DNA of 64,000 bases from Nitrospirota bacterium. Its GTDB lineage: Bacteria; Nitrospirota; UBA9217. Below are positions 1 to 10,704 of the stretch, piece after piece. A program made the position numbers and the translations under genes. Numbering within the stretch: the first letter of the stretch is position 1; each line of letters starts with the position of its first letter. Below the pieces are notes generated by a model that saw only the letters and a list, made by a program, of their open reading frames with translations, did no database searches and had not been told where the DNA came from. Location of the stretch: assembly GCA_963840455.1 (NCBI GenBank), contig CAWIYV010000009.1, forward strand, positions 288,001-352,000, in the 5' to 3' direction.

Positions 1-3000
1 GGAATAGTCGGTCCCGCTGCCTGTAAATGCTGAGATAGTTCCATTACTGACGGTCACATCGCCACTGGTAAAGTCTGTCACCGGTTTGCTGAAGGTCACG
101 GTCACCGGTATGGGCGATGTATTCGTCGGATTCGGGGCCGATGAGTTGATCGTCACGGTCGGCTGCACGCTGTCAAAGACCCTGGTAAGCGTACTTGAAA
201 CGAGATTTCCGTTGCCAGCCGCGTCCTGGGCCGCGTTCGCATTAATGGTTACAGTGACCTGCCCGTTACCTGCCGGCGTAACAGAGAAGGTATAGTTAGC
301 TCCGCTGCCGGAAAACGCTCCGACGCTGCCGTTGGTAACGGCGACCCCGGCAGAACTGAATCCAGTGACTGATTCACTGAATTGCACGGTCACCGGTATG
401 GGAGAGGTATTCGTCGTTGGCGTGGCGGTGCTGCTGAGCGTCACAATAGTCGGCGCGACGTTATCCACGCTAAAGGTCGTGCTCGGTCCGGCAGCTGCTG
501 CAGTGTTTCCCGCCAGGTCGTTCGCCGTTGCTGCCGCCAGTGAAATGCCGAGCGTCCCGTTCCCGGTGATGCTGGAGATCGTCACGGTCCGTGATGCGGT
601 GCCTGTTCCCGATACCACGACAGTACCGTTCGCAGTGCCGGTCGTGTTCAAGGTGACATTTGCATTGGCCAGGGTGACCGAATCAGCCCCGGTGTAGGTC
701 ACGGTATAGGTCACCGGCCCGGTGTTCGCTGCGGCCGCCGACGGTGCGCTGATCGCCAGGGTCGGTGCGCTGTTATCCACGCTAAAGGTCGTGCTCGGTC
801 CGGCAGCTGATGCAGTGTTGCCCGTCAGATCGCTTGCCGTAGTTGCTGCCAGCGAAATGCCGAGCGTGCCGTTCCCGGTGATGCTGGAGATCGTCACGGT
901 CCGTGATGCGGTGCCTGTTCCCGATACCACGACAGTGCCGTTCGCTGTTCCGGACTTATTCAAGGTGACATTTGCATTGGCCAGGGTGACCGAATCAGCT
1001 CCGGTGTAGGTCACGGTATAGGTCACCGGCCCGGTGTTCGTCAAGGTTGATGACGGCGCGCTTACCACAAGAGTCGGCGCGATGTTATCCACGCTAAAGG
1101 TCGCGCTCGGCGCGGCAGCTAATGCCGTATTGCCCGCCAGGTCGCTCGCCGTTGCCGCTGCCAGCGAAATGCCGAGTGTTCCGTTCCCGGTGATGCTGGA
1201 GATCGTTACGAGCCGTGACAGCGTGCCCGATCCCGATACCGCGACAGTGCCGGTCGCTGTGCCGGAGGGGTTCAGGGTTACATTTGCATTGGCCAGGGTG
1301 ACCGAATCAGCCCCGGTGTATGTCACGGTATAGGTTATTGGCCCGGTGTTCGTCAAGGTTGATGACGGTGCGCTGACCACCAGCGTCGGCGCGATGTTGT
1401 CAACAATAAAGGTCGTGCTCGGTCCGGCAGCTGCTGCCGTGTTTCCCGCCAGATCGCTCGCCGTTGCCGCTGCCAACGAAATGCCGAGCGTGCCGTCTCC
1501 GGTGATGCTGGAGATCGTCACGGTCCGTGATGCCGTGCCTGTTCCCGATACCACGGCAGTGCCGTTCGCAGTGCCGGTCGTGTTCAAGGTGATATTGGCG
1601 TCAGCCAGGGTGACCGAATCAGCCCCGGTGTAGGTCACGGTGTAGGTTACGGTCGCTCCGCTCTTGACGGCCGACGCTGATGGTGCGCTGATCGCCAGGG
1701 TCGGCGCGCTGTTATCCACGCTAAAGGTCGCGCTCGGTCCGGCAGCTGCTGCAGTGTTGCCCGTCAGATCGCTTGCCGTAGCTGCTGCCAGCGAAATGCC
1801 GAGCGTGCCGTTCCCGGTGATGCTGGAGATCGTCACGAGCCGTGATAGCGGTGCCCGTTCCCGATACCACGACAGTGCCGTTCGCTGTTCCGGACTTATT
1901 CAAGGTGACATTTGCATTGGCCAGGGTGACCGAATCAGCTCCGGTGTAGGTCACGGTATAGGTCACCGGCCCGGTGTTCGTCAAGGTTGATGACGGCGCG
2001 CTTACCACAAGGGTCGGCGCGATGTTATCCACGCTAAAGGTCGCGCTTGGTCCGGCAGCTGCTGCCGTATTGCCCGCCAGGTCGCTTGCCGTGCCAGCTG
2101 CCAGCGAAATGCCGAGTGTTCCGTTCCCGGTGACGCTGGAGATCGTTACGAGCCTTGATATGGTGCCCGATCCCGATACCGCGACAGTGCCGGTCGCTGT
2201 GCCGGAGGTGTTCAGGGTGACATTGGCATTGGCCAGGGTGACCGAATCAGCCCCGGTATAGGTCACGGTATAGGTCACCGGCCCGGTGTTCGTCAAGGTT
2301 GATGACGGCGCGCTGACCACAAGGGTCGGCGCGATGTTATCCACAATAAAGGTCGCGCTCGGTCCGGCAGCTGCTGCAGTGTTGCCTGCCAGGTCGCTTG
2401 CTGTGCCAGCGGCTATCGATATGCCGAGCGTTCCGTTCCCGGTGATGCTGGAGATCGTCACGAGCCTTGACAGGGTGCCCGATCCCGATACCACGACGGT
2501 GCCGGTCGCTGTGCCGGTCGCGTTCAAGGTGGCACTGGCCAGGGTCACCGAATCAGCTCCAGTGTAGGTCACGGTGTAGGTTACTGTCGCTCCGCTCTTG
2601 ACTGCCGACGCTGACGGTGCGCTGATAGCTGCGGTCGGCACCACGCTGTCGAAGGTCACGCTGCTGGAATCGGTCGTTAAATGTACCTCTGATCCAGAGA
2701 CGTTCGAAAGATTCTTGTAGGTGATGGAGAAGGAAACCATTCCCTGCGGATCGGATCCGGTCATCACAATGCTTGCCGACCAGCTTGTACCGCCGCCGAG
2801 CGGCGTCACTGACGCCGTACGTCCGGCCATCGTCACGGTCGGGGTAGAAATGACCTGCGATGAGGTGAAGGTCAGGGTGACGGTATCACCGGTCTTGGCA
2901 CGGGAGGTGTTGGTGGCATTGTTCGATGCAATATGGACGCTCGTATAGCGTGGCGGCAGCGTGGTCGCCACCTTCCGGATGCGCCAGTTGTTCACGTCCG

Positions 3001-5192
3001 CGATATAGAGGTTTCCGGCCGGGTCAACGGCGACACTGTAGGGGTTGTTGAGGATCGAATATCCGTCCGGCGCCGCCTGTTCGCCATCCCCGGCAAAACC
3101 GACAAATACGTTGGTAGCAACATGCCAGGGGTTATTATCCTGAATACCATTGCCGACGAACGTGGTGATCAATGCCGGCGTACCCGGTGTGACCTTCCGG
3201 ACCTTGCTGTTATAGAAGTCAGCGATATAGAGGTTCCCGGCCGCGTCCACGGCAACGCCGTAGGGCGTTGCGAGTTGCGCCGTGTTGCGTCGCACACCTT
3301 CACCGGAATATCCGTACGTTCCGTTCCCCGCGTAGGTGCTGATGGTACCGCCAGGAGTGACCTTCCGGATGCGGTTATTGCCGGAATCAGCAATAAAGAC
3401 ATTCCCAGCAGCATCAACGGCGACGCCGGTCGGCGTGTTCAGGTTTGCTGATAGGTAGCGGCTCCCCGCAACACCATCGCCTCCGTAGCCGGTGCACGGT
3501 CCCTGCAAAGTTCGTTATCGTTGCCGCCGGATAGGTGACCTTCCGGACACGGTTATTCTCCGTGTCAGCGATATATAGGTTCCCGAGCGTGTCTGTTGCG
3601 ACGCTCCTAGGGCCGCTCAACAGCGCCGCAGTTGCCAATCCGTCATCTCCCGAAGAACCCTGGGTGCCACCAGTTCCCGCCACGGTGCTTATCGTGCCCC
3701 CAGAAGTAACTTTACGGATGCGATGATTATAGGAGTCCGCGATATAGACGTTCCCGCTGGTGTCCGCAGTCACGCCGTAGGGATTGTTCAGTTGCGCCGA
3801 CAGGGCGGGCCGTTATCACCGCCCGATCCTTCCGCGCCGGTTCCGGCTATCGTGGTGACCGATCCTGTTGAGGCTGAGACCATACGGACGATCGAATTCT
3901 TGGTATCTGCGATGTAGAGCGTTCCCGGAAGGATCCGTACCGACGCCATGGGCATAGTTCAGTTTCACCGCGGTCGCCGCATGTTGGGCCGGAAATGCCA
4001 TCATACAGATTGATCGGGCTTTCCTGCGAATCGTGGATATCGTTCCGCCAGGGGTTACCTTCCTGATGCAGTCGTTGAACTGGTCTGCGATATAAAGATT
4101 CCCGGCACTGTCCCGTGCGAGACCGGTGGGAAATCTCATTGCCGCAAAGTGGCCGACGCCGCCATCACCGTAGCGTAGGGTCACCCGTAAAAGCTGCCCG
4201 CCACGGTGCTGATATTTCCGTCGTGTCTTCACCTTGCGGATGACGACTATTATAGGTGTCGGCAATATAGATGTTCCCGGCTGCGATCGACCACAACGCC
4301 GAAAGGCCCGTTCAGGCTCGCAGCGTTGCCAGCGCCTTCATCACCGGTGAATAAGCAGCTGTCCCATTTCCTGCCACGGTGGTTATAATAGGTTGGTGGA
4401 AATAATCAATTTTTCTTATACGATGATTATTCGTGTCGGCAATGTAGATATTTCCGATGCTATCCACGGCAACATCGGTGGGGTAGTTCAGGTGTGCACT
4501 CCAGACGAGACCGCCGTCGCCGTCGCCGCCGAGGGTAGGCGTCGAGCTCCCGGCAATAGTCTAATCCGTTCGATCAGATGAATCCACTCTCCGCACACGA
4601 TTGTTGTTCGAATCGGCAATATAGATGACACCTGTTGTGTTTGTGGTCGACGCTATAGGGATAAAAGAGCGTAGCTGAGGTGCAGGTATGTTATCGACGT
4701 TATGGCTCCCTGTGCCGATGTCACCGGTTCCTGCCACGGTCTCATCGTACCATCCGATATAGGTCGATCTTTCCGGATACGCTGGTTGAAGCTGTCGGCG
4801 ATCAGGATGTTGCCGTCCTCGTCAACTGCTACGCCATTGGCCTCGTTGATGCTTGCCGCGGTGGCAAGCCCGCCATCGCCGGCAAATGCGCTGATCCCGT
4901 TTCCCGCGACCGTGGAGATCGTTCCTGATGTAGTCGACACCATCCGGATGCGCTGATTGTAGGTGTCGACGATGTAGACTTTCGTGCCGTCAGCGCTTAC
5001 GGCAATATGGGCCGGATTGTTGATGCGCGCCGAGGTGGCGAGACCGCCGTCGCCGACATACCCTCCTACCACTGTGCTGATGGTTCCGGATGCGGCAAAA
5101 GCGGGAGTCAGCGATGCGATGATGCACAGCGCACTGATGACGATACAGCATGCCAGCCTTCCCTTGCGTATTCCCATTCTCAAAATATTCAT
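1..5192 (-). pseudogene. Large secreted NHL-repeat (beta-propeller) plus Ig-like repeat adhesin; frameshifted; 3' end runs off the window
   Basis: ATG at 5192 with GGAGG RBS and signal peptide (LACCIVISALCIIASLTPAFA). About 12 NHL repeats (GNLYIAD..N.RIRKV) between ~2950 and 5060 are split over several ORF fragments. Seven ~104-aa Thr/Ser/Ala-rich Ig-like repeats follow. Frameshifts at ~1850 and many in ~3500-4760 could be sequencing error. Confidence 0.8.
400..2650 (-). repeat. Seven tandem ~312-bp intragenic repeats (Ig-like domains)
   Basis: GGTGACCGAATCAGCYCCGGT-like motif recurs near 680, 990, 1300, 1615, 1930, 2240 and 2550; antisense ORF ends are spaced 312 bp (697, 1009, 1633). Confidence 0.9.
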
Positions 5193-5438
5193 GTGACCCT
5201 CCATAGTCTGTATAAGGCCGTCTGCGCTTTTACGGCGCATCTTACTTGCGTATCGCAGCTAATAACCGTGGTGCTGAGTACTACGTCAGGAAAGCGCTCA
5301 GCTGCCCGACTGGCCAGTACTCTGGCAACCACGGTTTTATGTTGAGCTGATCGCTCGATCATGAAGAACACAATCGTGCAGATGGGCATTGTCTGCAGCT
5401 ATCTGTCTGAACGCTGCAGCACTCTTATGTCTGTCAGA

Positions 5439-5454
5439 AGCAAGAACGATGCCT
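5439..5454 (-). promoter_or_regulatory. Sigma-54 (-24/-12) promoter for the adhesin gene
   Basis: Minus strand reads AGGCAT-CGTTC-TTGCT, matching TGGCAC-N5-TTGCW with exact spacing, ~250 bp upstream of the 5192 start. Confidence 0.7.
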
Positions 5455-5514
5455 TAATCGGTCTGCATGGTATTGGAACGACCATAGGTGCGGTATCCAG
5501 GGAGAGTTAAAATG

Positions 5515-5527
5515 TATCAATGACTTG
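5515..5527. promoter_or_regulatory. IHF binding site
   Basis: TATCAATGACTTG matches WATCAANNNNTTR exactly and lies between the sigma-54 promoter and the upstream palindromes. Confidence 0.6.
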
Positions 5528-5561
5528 AACACCACCGATGCGACTTGAACGCCACCGATGC
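5522..5561. repeat. Tandem 20-bp direct repeat
   Basis: GACTTGAACACCACCGATGC followed by GACTTGAACGCCACCGATGC (1 mismatch). Confidence 0.9.
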
Positions 5562-5658
5562 CGGATGATCATGTTTTAGGCTTAGGGAGATGCCGGATGA
5601 TCACAATCCGGATAAAAAGCCCTCGAACCTGTCCGTTTCCCGGCGGTGCGGTGTAATG

Positions 5659-5675
5659 TGTATCCTTTGGATACA
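5659..5675. promoter_or_regulatory. Palindromic operator / candidate enhancer site 1
   Basis: Perfect inverted repeat TGTATCC-TTT-GGATACA, preceded by AATG. Confidence 0.55.
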
Positions 5676-5785
5676 ATCACAAAATGCTCGGATCATTACA
5701 AAACCATACAAAACAATGTGTTGGAAACTAGATACCGTCTCATGGCTATGTACAACGATGGAATTACCAGGTGAGCGGCCAAATG

Positions 5786-5802
5786 TGTGTCCACGGGATG
5801 CA
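5786..5802. promoter_or_regulatory. Palindromic operator / candidate enhancer site 2
   Basis: TGTGTCC-ACG-GGATGCA, preceded by AATG; same architecture as site 1. Confidence 0.5.
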
Positions 5803-5893
5803 CTTCTTCAGACCAGGGACCTGAGGTCCGCTCAAGATGCGGTCAAAATCAGGGCTTATTGCGTGAGCATTGAAATTGCATAGTACTATTGAC

Positions 5894-6271
5894 ATGAATA
5901 ATAGCGGAACAAGAAGGGTGCTGATCTACGACGAAGCGGGTTTCTCCCGGGTCTGTTCCGCCCTCCTGGAGATGTCGGGATGCGCCACGGACATCATGGG
6001 TGACTCGTCCGGCAAACTGAACAGCTCCGATATCGGCGTATTCATCACCAGCTATCCTTATGGAGCGTTCATGCTCGATGAAGTGAAGAAGCGCAGCATC
6101 CCGGTGATCGTGCTGTTCGACAACCTCGATGCGGGGTTCATCGATGTGCTGCATACGTACGACAATCTCTACTGTATGATCAAGCCTCTCGATTATGATA
6201 GGTTCAAAGGTTTGGTGCAGCAGCTGCTGAGCGGCGAACAGGTATCGCGAGAGGATTTCAACAGCATATGA
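5894..6271 (+). CDS. Degenerate receiver (REC)-like protein
   Basis: RRVLIYDE (beta1), IGVFITSYP (Ser at the phospho-Asp position), IPVIVL, YCMIKPLD. Confidence 0.7.
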   Translation: MNNSGTRRVLIYDEAGFSRVCSALLEMSGCATDIMGDSSGKLNSSDIGVFITSYPYGAFMLDEVKKRSIPVIVLFDNLDAGFIDVLHTYDNLYCMIKPLDYDRFKGLVQQLLSGEQVSREDFNSI

Positions 6272-6393
6272 ATGATAGAACGGAAACCGGATGCTGCGAC
6301 GGGCAATCGGGTCCCGGTTGCCCAGCACGAACGATCGTCACGTCCATGATGCAGGCGCATATGACACCCAAGGATCGAGAGGAACAAAAGCGG

Positions 6394-7296
6394 ATGAGCG
6401 GGTCAGAGGGCAAAAAATTCAAGATGACGCTTCTCGCAGCGTTCCTGTTCTTCACGCTGCTTTCCATGGCAGCGGCACCGCCGCCGGCCCTGTCCGGCGA
6501 CTATCAGATCGGAGAAGGCGATACGCTGATGATCTCCGTGTGGGGCGAAAAGGAACTGAGCCTGTCGGTCAAGGTCCGCCCCGACGGCAAGATCACGCTG
6601 CCGGCACTGGGCGAGATCATGGCGGCCAGCCAGACCCCGAACGATCTGCAGACGGACCTGCAGAAGAAGCTGCGGGGCATCGTCAAGAACCCGGTCGTGA
6701 CGGTGATCGTCATGGAGGTCACGAACAACAAGGTATACGTGTTCGGCGGCGGCATCTCCCCCGGCGTCTACAGCCTGACGGGGCGGACCACGCTGCTCCA
6801 GCTGCTCTGCCAGATCGGCCAGCAGCGACCGGTCATCGAGGTGCGGGCCGTGTCGCCCGGGTCGTCGTCAAACTCATCTACAGCGCAGATCGCGGACCTC
6901 AGGAACTCGTATGTCATCAGGGGCGGCAAGAAGATCAAGAAGGACTTCTATGACCTGTTCGTGAATGGCAATATGTCCCAGGACATCGTGATCGAGCCGA
7001 ATGACGCGATCTTCATCCCGGCGTTCCAGGACCGGAACGTCTACGTCATGGGAGCCGTCACGACCCCGAAGTCCATCTCCTACCGCGATGGCATGACCGT
7101 CGTTGAGGCCATCCTGGAGGCCGGCGGGTTCACCAAGTTCGCGAAACCGAACAATACGGTCATCTATCGCAAGGAGGGGGACAAGGAAATCGTCACCCCC
7201 GTCAAGCTCAAGGACCTGATCAATGACGGCGACCTGCGTCAGAACCCCCGCATCCAGCCGGGGGATTACGTGGTCGTGTACGAAAGCATATTCTAA
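6394..7296 (+). CDS. wza: Polysaccharide export protein (OPX/Wza family, Poly_export + SLBB domains)
   Basis: DYQIGEGDTLMISVWGEKELS...VRPDGKITLP; SLBB motifs (VYVMGAV..P, AILEAGGF); signal peptide. Start codon uncertain. Confidence 0.92.
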   Translation: MSGSEGKKFKMTLLAAFLFFTLLSMAAAPPPALSGDYQIGEGDTLMISVWGEKELSLSVKVRPDGKITLPALGEIMAASQTPNDLQTDLQKKLRGIVKNPVVTVIVMEVTNNKVYVFGGGISPGVYSLTGRTTLLQLLCQIGQQRPVIEVRAVSPGSSSNSSTAQIADLRNSYVIRGGKKIKKDFYDLFVNGNMSQDIVIEPNDAIFIPAFQDRNVYVMGAVTTPKSISYRDGMTVVEAILEAGGFTKFAKPNNTVIYRKEGDKEIVTPVKLKDLINDGDLRQNPRIQPGDYVVVYESIF

Positions 7297-7307
7297 GAGG
7301 AAGGAAC

Positions 7308-8576
7308 ATGGAGAATCAGCCCCAGGAAATGGATGTCAGACGATACCTGCAGATCCTTCACGCGAAACGGTATCTGTTCGTCCTGGTGACGGCGGGCATC
7401 ATCTCGCTCATCACCGCGGCGAGCTATGTTGTCCCGCGGAGCTACGAGGCATCTGCAACGGTATCCATCGAAAAGAACTATCTGAACGTGCTGATGCAGG
7501 ACATTGCGGTGGCGCCGTCGATCGAGGAACGGGGACACGCGCTCTCCGTCGTGATGATGAGCAGGGGGATGCTCCTCCGGGTACTGTCCGATCTCAAGGT
7601 GGAGGTCGGTTCAAAGAGCGAGGCGGAGATCGAGAAGCTCATCAAACGGTTCCAGACGAAGACGCAGATCAAGGTCGATATCAACCGGTCCAGCAGGAAG
7701 GACATGGAGCTCTTCACGGTCTCCTACCGCGACAGCGAACCCCAGTTCGCCCGGGACTATGTGAACATGCTGATCAACCGCTATATCGTCGACAGCCTTT
7801 CATCGAAGCGGCAGGAGGCGATCGGTGCGAACCGGTTCGTCTTCGGGCAGATGGACCTTTACAAGGACAAGATCGACCGGGCCGAAGAAGAACTGGCCCG
7901 GAGACGGAGAGAGCAGGGCGTCCAGCTTGCAACGCAGCTTCCACTGCTCCAGAAGAAATACGAAGAGCTGCTGGTGCAGTACACGGAGCAGCACCCCGAA
8001 GTCGTCCGTGTGCGGTCGGAGATCGAAGCGGCCCGCGAGCAGATGCAAATGCAAGCCCGGCAGGACCAGCGCCCGGCTGAGAACGAGAAGAAGATCAGGG
8101 AGAAACAGCCCAAGGCCCGGGCCACGGCCGAAAGCAAGAAGAGCATTGCTGATCTCGAGCGCGACCGGGAGGCGTATAAGAAGATCTATGAGTCGCTCGT
8201 TGCATCGATCGGAAGGGCCGAGATGTCGACCAAGGTAGAGACCCAGGCGAATTCGGACACCTTTCGTATCCTGGACCCGGCAGTCCTTCCGATCGAACCG
8301 GTCGGCGCACCCCGCTGGAAGATCATTTTGCTCGGCATCCTCGCCGGGATCGCAGGGGGCGCCGGGATCGTGATCGTCATGAACATGATGGACCGGTCGA
8401 TCAAGGACCTTGAAACGCTGAAAGGCTTCGGGCTGCCCGTGATCGGCGTGATCCCGAGGATCCAGAGCGTCAAGGCGATCCTCTCGTCCCGCAGGAAGGA
8501 CCGTCTGTTGTACGGAGCGGCCGGGATGTACCTCGCCGGGATCGCGGCGCTTGCCGTCGTAGAACTGTTGAAATGA
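7308..8576 (+). CDS. Polysaccharide chain-length determinant / co-polymerase (PEP-CTERM-system type)
   Basis: N-terminal TM, coiled coil, YTEQHPEV motif, FRILDPAVLP, C-terminal TMs, GLPVIGVIP. Confidence 0.9.
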   Translation: MENQPQEMDVRRYLQILHAKRYLFVLVTAGIISLITAASYVVPRSYEASATVSIEKNYLNVLMQDIAVAPSIEERGHALSVVMMSRGMLLRVLSDLKVEVGSKSEAEIEKLIKRFQTKTQIKVDINRSSRKDMELFTVSYRDSEPQFARDYVNMLINRYIVDSLSSKRQEAIGANRFVFGQMDLYKDKIDRAEEELARRRREQGVQLATQLPLLQKKYEELLVQYTEQHPEVVRVRSEIEAAREQMQMQARQDQRPAENEKKIREKQPKARATAESKKSIADLERDREAYKKIYESLVASIGRAEMSTKVETQANSDTFRILDPAVLPIEPVGAPRWKIILLGILAGIAGGAGIVIVMNMMDRSIKDLETLKGFGLPVIGVIPRIQSVKAILSSRRKDRLLYGAAGMYLAGIAALAVVELLK

Positions 8577-8586
8577 AGGAGAGGGC

Positions 8587-9405
8587 ATGAGCAGGATCGA
8601 GAACGCATTGGAAAAGGTCGCCCAGTTGAACGCAGGGGCGGACGAGGCTGCCCGGCAGGCGGAGACGGCCGATCCGGCGGCATGGGCGCCCACCCTGGTG
8701 CCGAAGAGCCCCTACATCATAACGCTCACGGAGCCCGACTCGCCCGCCGCCGAGGAATACCGGAAGCTGAAGGCCATGGTCGTCAAGCTCACCGCGCACG
8801 ATGTGGCGAGGAACGTCATCATGATCACCAGCTGTACCAGCGGGGAAGGGAAGAGCATCACCTCGATCAACCTTGCCATCAGCCTTGCGCAGGAGGTGAG
8901 CTACAGCGCGCTGCTGATCGATGCCGATCTTCGCCGGCCGAGCCTTACGGAATATCTTGGCATCTCCGCCGAGCGGGGGCTCTCCGACTGCCTCAATGAC
9001 GGAACACCGGCCGCGTCGGCGGTCATCAAGACGGGCATTCCCAAGCTCGAGATCCTGCCGGCGGGCAAAAGCATCCGGAACCCCGTTGAGCTCCTTTCGT
9101 CACCGAAGATGAAGATGCTTGTCAACGAACTGAAGCGGCAGCATGCCAATCGGTACATCATCATCGACACGCCCCCGATCCTGCCCTTTGCAGAGACGCA
9201 GATCATCAGCATGCTTGTCGACAGCGTTCTGCTCGTGGTCAAGGAGGGGGCGGCCACGGGGCAGGATATGCAGGATTCCCTCGATCTCCTGAAGGGAACG
9301 CGGGTGCTGGGGATCGCATTCAATGATGTGAGCGCGCCGGCGGCGAACAACCGGTACCGCAATTATTACCATTACTACGCTGCACGCGGGCAGCGGAAGG
9401 CGTGA
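8587..9405 (+). CDS. BY-kinase (tyrosine autokinase, stand-alone Wzc C-terminal domain)
   Basis: MSRIENALEK start, EEYRKL, Walker A SGEGKS, LLIDADLRRP, IIIDTPP, C-terminal Tyr cluster RYRNYYHYY. Confidence 0.93.
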   Translation: MSRIENALEKVAQLNAGADEAARQAETADPAAWAPTLVPKSPYIITLTEPDSPAAEEYRKLKAMVVKLTAHDVARNVIMITSCTSGEGKSITSINLAISLAQEVSYSALLIDADLRRPSLTEYLGISAERGLSDCLNDGTPAASAVIKTGIPKLEILPAGKSIRNPVELLSSPKMKMLVNELKRQHANRYIIIDTPPILPFAETQIISMLVDSVLLVVKEGAATGQDMQDSLDLLKGTRVLGIAFNDVSAPAANNRYRNYYHYYAARGQRKA

Positions 9406-9411
9406 ACGACC

Positions 9412-10692
9412 ATGTACTTATCCTACTTCCGGCTGAGAGAGAAGCCCTTCGATATCGTGCCGAATCCGGCCTATCTGTACCTGAGCAAGACGCACAAGAA
9501 GGCGATGACGTATATGCGCTACGGCCTGCAGGAGCGGCTCGGCTTCGTCCTGATGACCGGCGAGGTGGGTTCGGGAAAAACGATGCTGGTCCGGGAACTG
9601 ATCAGAACGCTGAGCCCGGAGATCACCTTTGCGCGGGTATTCAATACGCGAGTGAGCTCCGAGGAGCTCATTGCGATGATCAACGAGGACTTCGGTCTGG
9701 ACACCGCCGGCAGAAACAAGGTCCTGATGCTGAAGGACCTCTATGCACACCTGATACAGGAATATACGGAAGGACGCCGGCCGTTGCTCATCATCGATGA
9801 AGCACAGAACCTCTCCCTGGACCTGCTGGAAGAGGTCCGCATGCTTTCGAACCTCGAGACGAACGATGCGAAGCTGCTGCAGATCCTGCTCGTCGGACAG
9901 ACCGAGCTGGACCGCGTCCTGTCCCTGGACGAGATGCGGCAGTTCCGGCAGCGTATCAGCATCGCCTGCCGCATCGATAACCTGACTCGCGCAGAGGTCG
10001 AGGAATATATCCTGCACCGGCTTGCGGTCGCAGGAAACCGCGATGCCCTGACCTTCGGCGGCGAAGCCTTCAATGCTGTTCATGAAGTGACCAGCGGGGT
10101 GCCCCGCCAGATCAACACGTTGTGCAATTTCCTCCTGCTCACCGCCTTCACGGAGGGCACGCGGGATGTGTCTGCGGAGATGGTCCGTGATATTGCCGCG
10201 GGCCTCAGTCTGACAAAGTACGCCGATCCGAACGGCAGCAAAGGAAAACAGCAGGAAACGGTCCGGATGGCACCCGGCAACGGCTCCCTGGACGGAAAAC
10301 GAGCGCTTCTGCGGGCGCTCGGCGTCATGCTCCGGGACCACGAAGGCAGTGCGAAGAGCGTCGCCCCCGCGGAAGAGGCAGACGATGCGAACGAATATCC
10401 GGTCACGGTCAGAAGCATCGGCCTCCGCCTGCTTGCCATGGAGAAGGAACTGGCGCGTGTCGAGGAGGAATGCGCAAACGCGCTCAGACAGCGGATCGAT
10501 GCCCTCGAAACACAGGTCATGAGGCCGTCGCCCGGACAACGGCCGGTTCAGCAGGACATTACGACGGTCACCCCGGCGGGGCCATACTGCGACCTGCCCG
10601 GTCTAAAAGATCCGCGAAACGCAGTCTCCGGGCAGCATCCGAAGCCGGGCGGGGGCGGCGACGGCGGAAAGACCGGACGCATCGCTACGTAA
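9412..10692 (+). CDS. ExeA-like AAA ATPase (PEP-CTERM-system associated)
   Basis: MYLSYFRLREKPFDIVPNP, Walker A GEVGSGKT, Walker B LLIIDEAQNL, LLVGQTEL, GVPRQIN. Confidence 0.92.
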   Translation: MYLSYFRLREKPFDIVPNPAYLYLSKTHKKAMTYMRYGLQERLGFVLMTGEVGSGKTMLVRELIRTLSPEITFARVFNTRVSSEELIAMINEDFGLDTAGRNKVLMLKDLYAHLIQEYTEGRRPLLIIDEAQNLSLDLLEEVRMLSNLETNDAKLLQILLVGQTELDRVLSLDEMRQFRQRISIACRIDNLTRAEVEEYILHRLAVAGNRDALTFGGEAFNAVHEVTSGVPRQINTLCNFLLLTAFTEGTRDVSAEMVRDIAAGLSLTKYADPNGSKGKQQETVRMAPGNGSLDGKRALLRALGVMLRDHEGSAKSVAPAEEADDANEYPVTVRSIGLRLLAMEKELARVEEECANALRQRIDALETQVMRPSPGQRPVQQDITTVTPAGPYCDLPGLKDPRNAVSGQHPKPGGGGDGGKTGRIAT

Positions 10693-10704
10693 AGGAGCAG
10701 GACG

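Noticed and set aside
332-2567. Series of ~95-120 aa plus-strand ORFs
   Set aside because: Antisense shadows of the minus-strand adhesin repeats.
5522-5603. Possible mini-CRISPR array
   Set aside because: Only two copies of each repeat, no repeat-spacer periodicity, and no cas genes.
5865-5880. Plus-strand sigma-54-like motif GAGCAT-TGAAA-TTGCA before the EPS operon
   Set aside because: Spacing is right but the invariant -24 GG reads AG; too weak to call.
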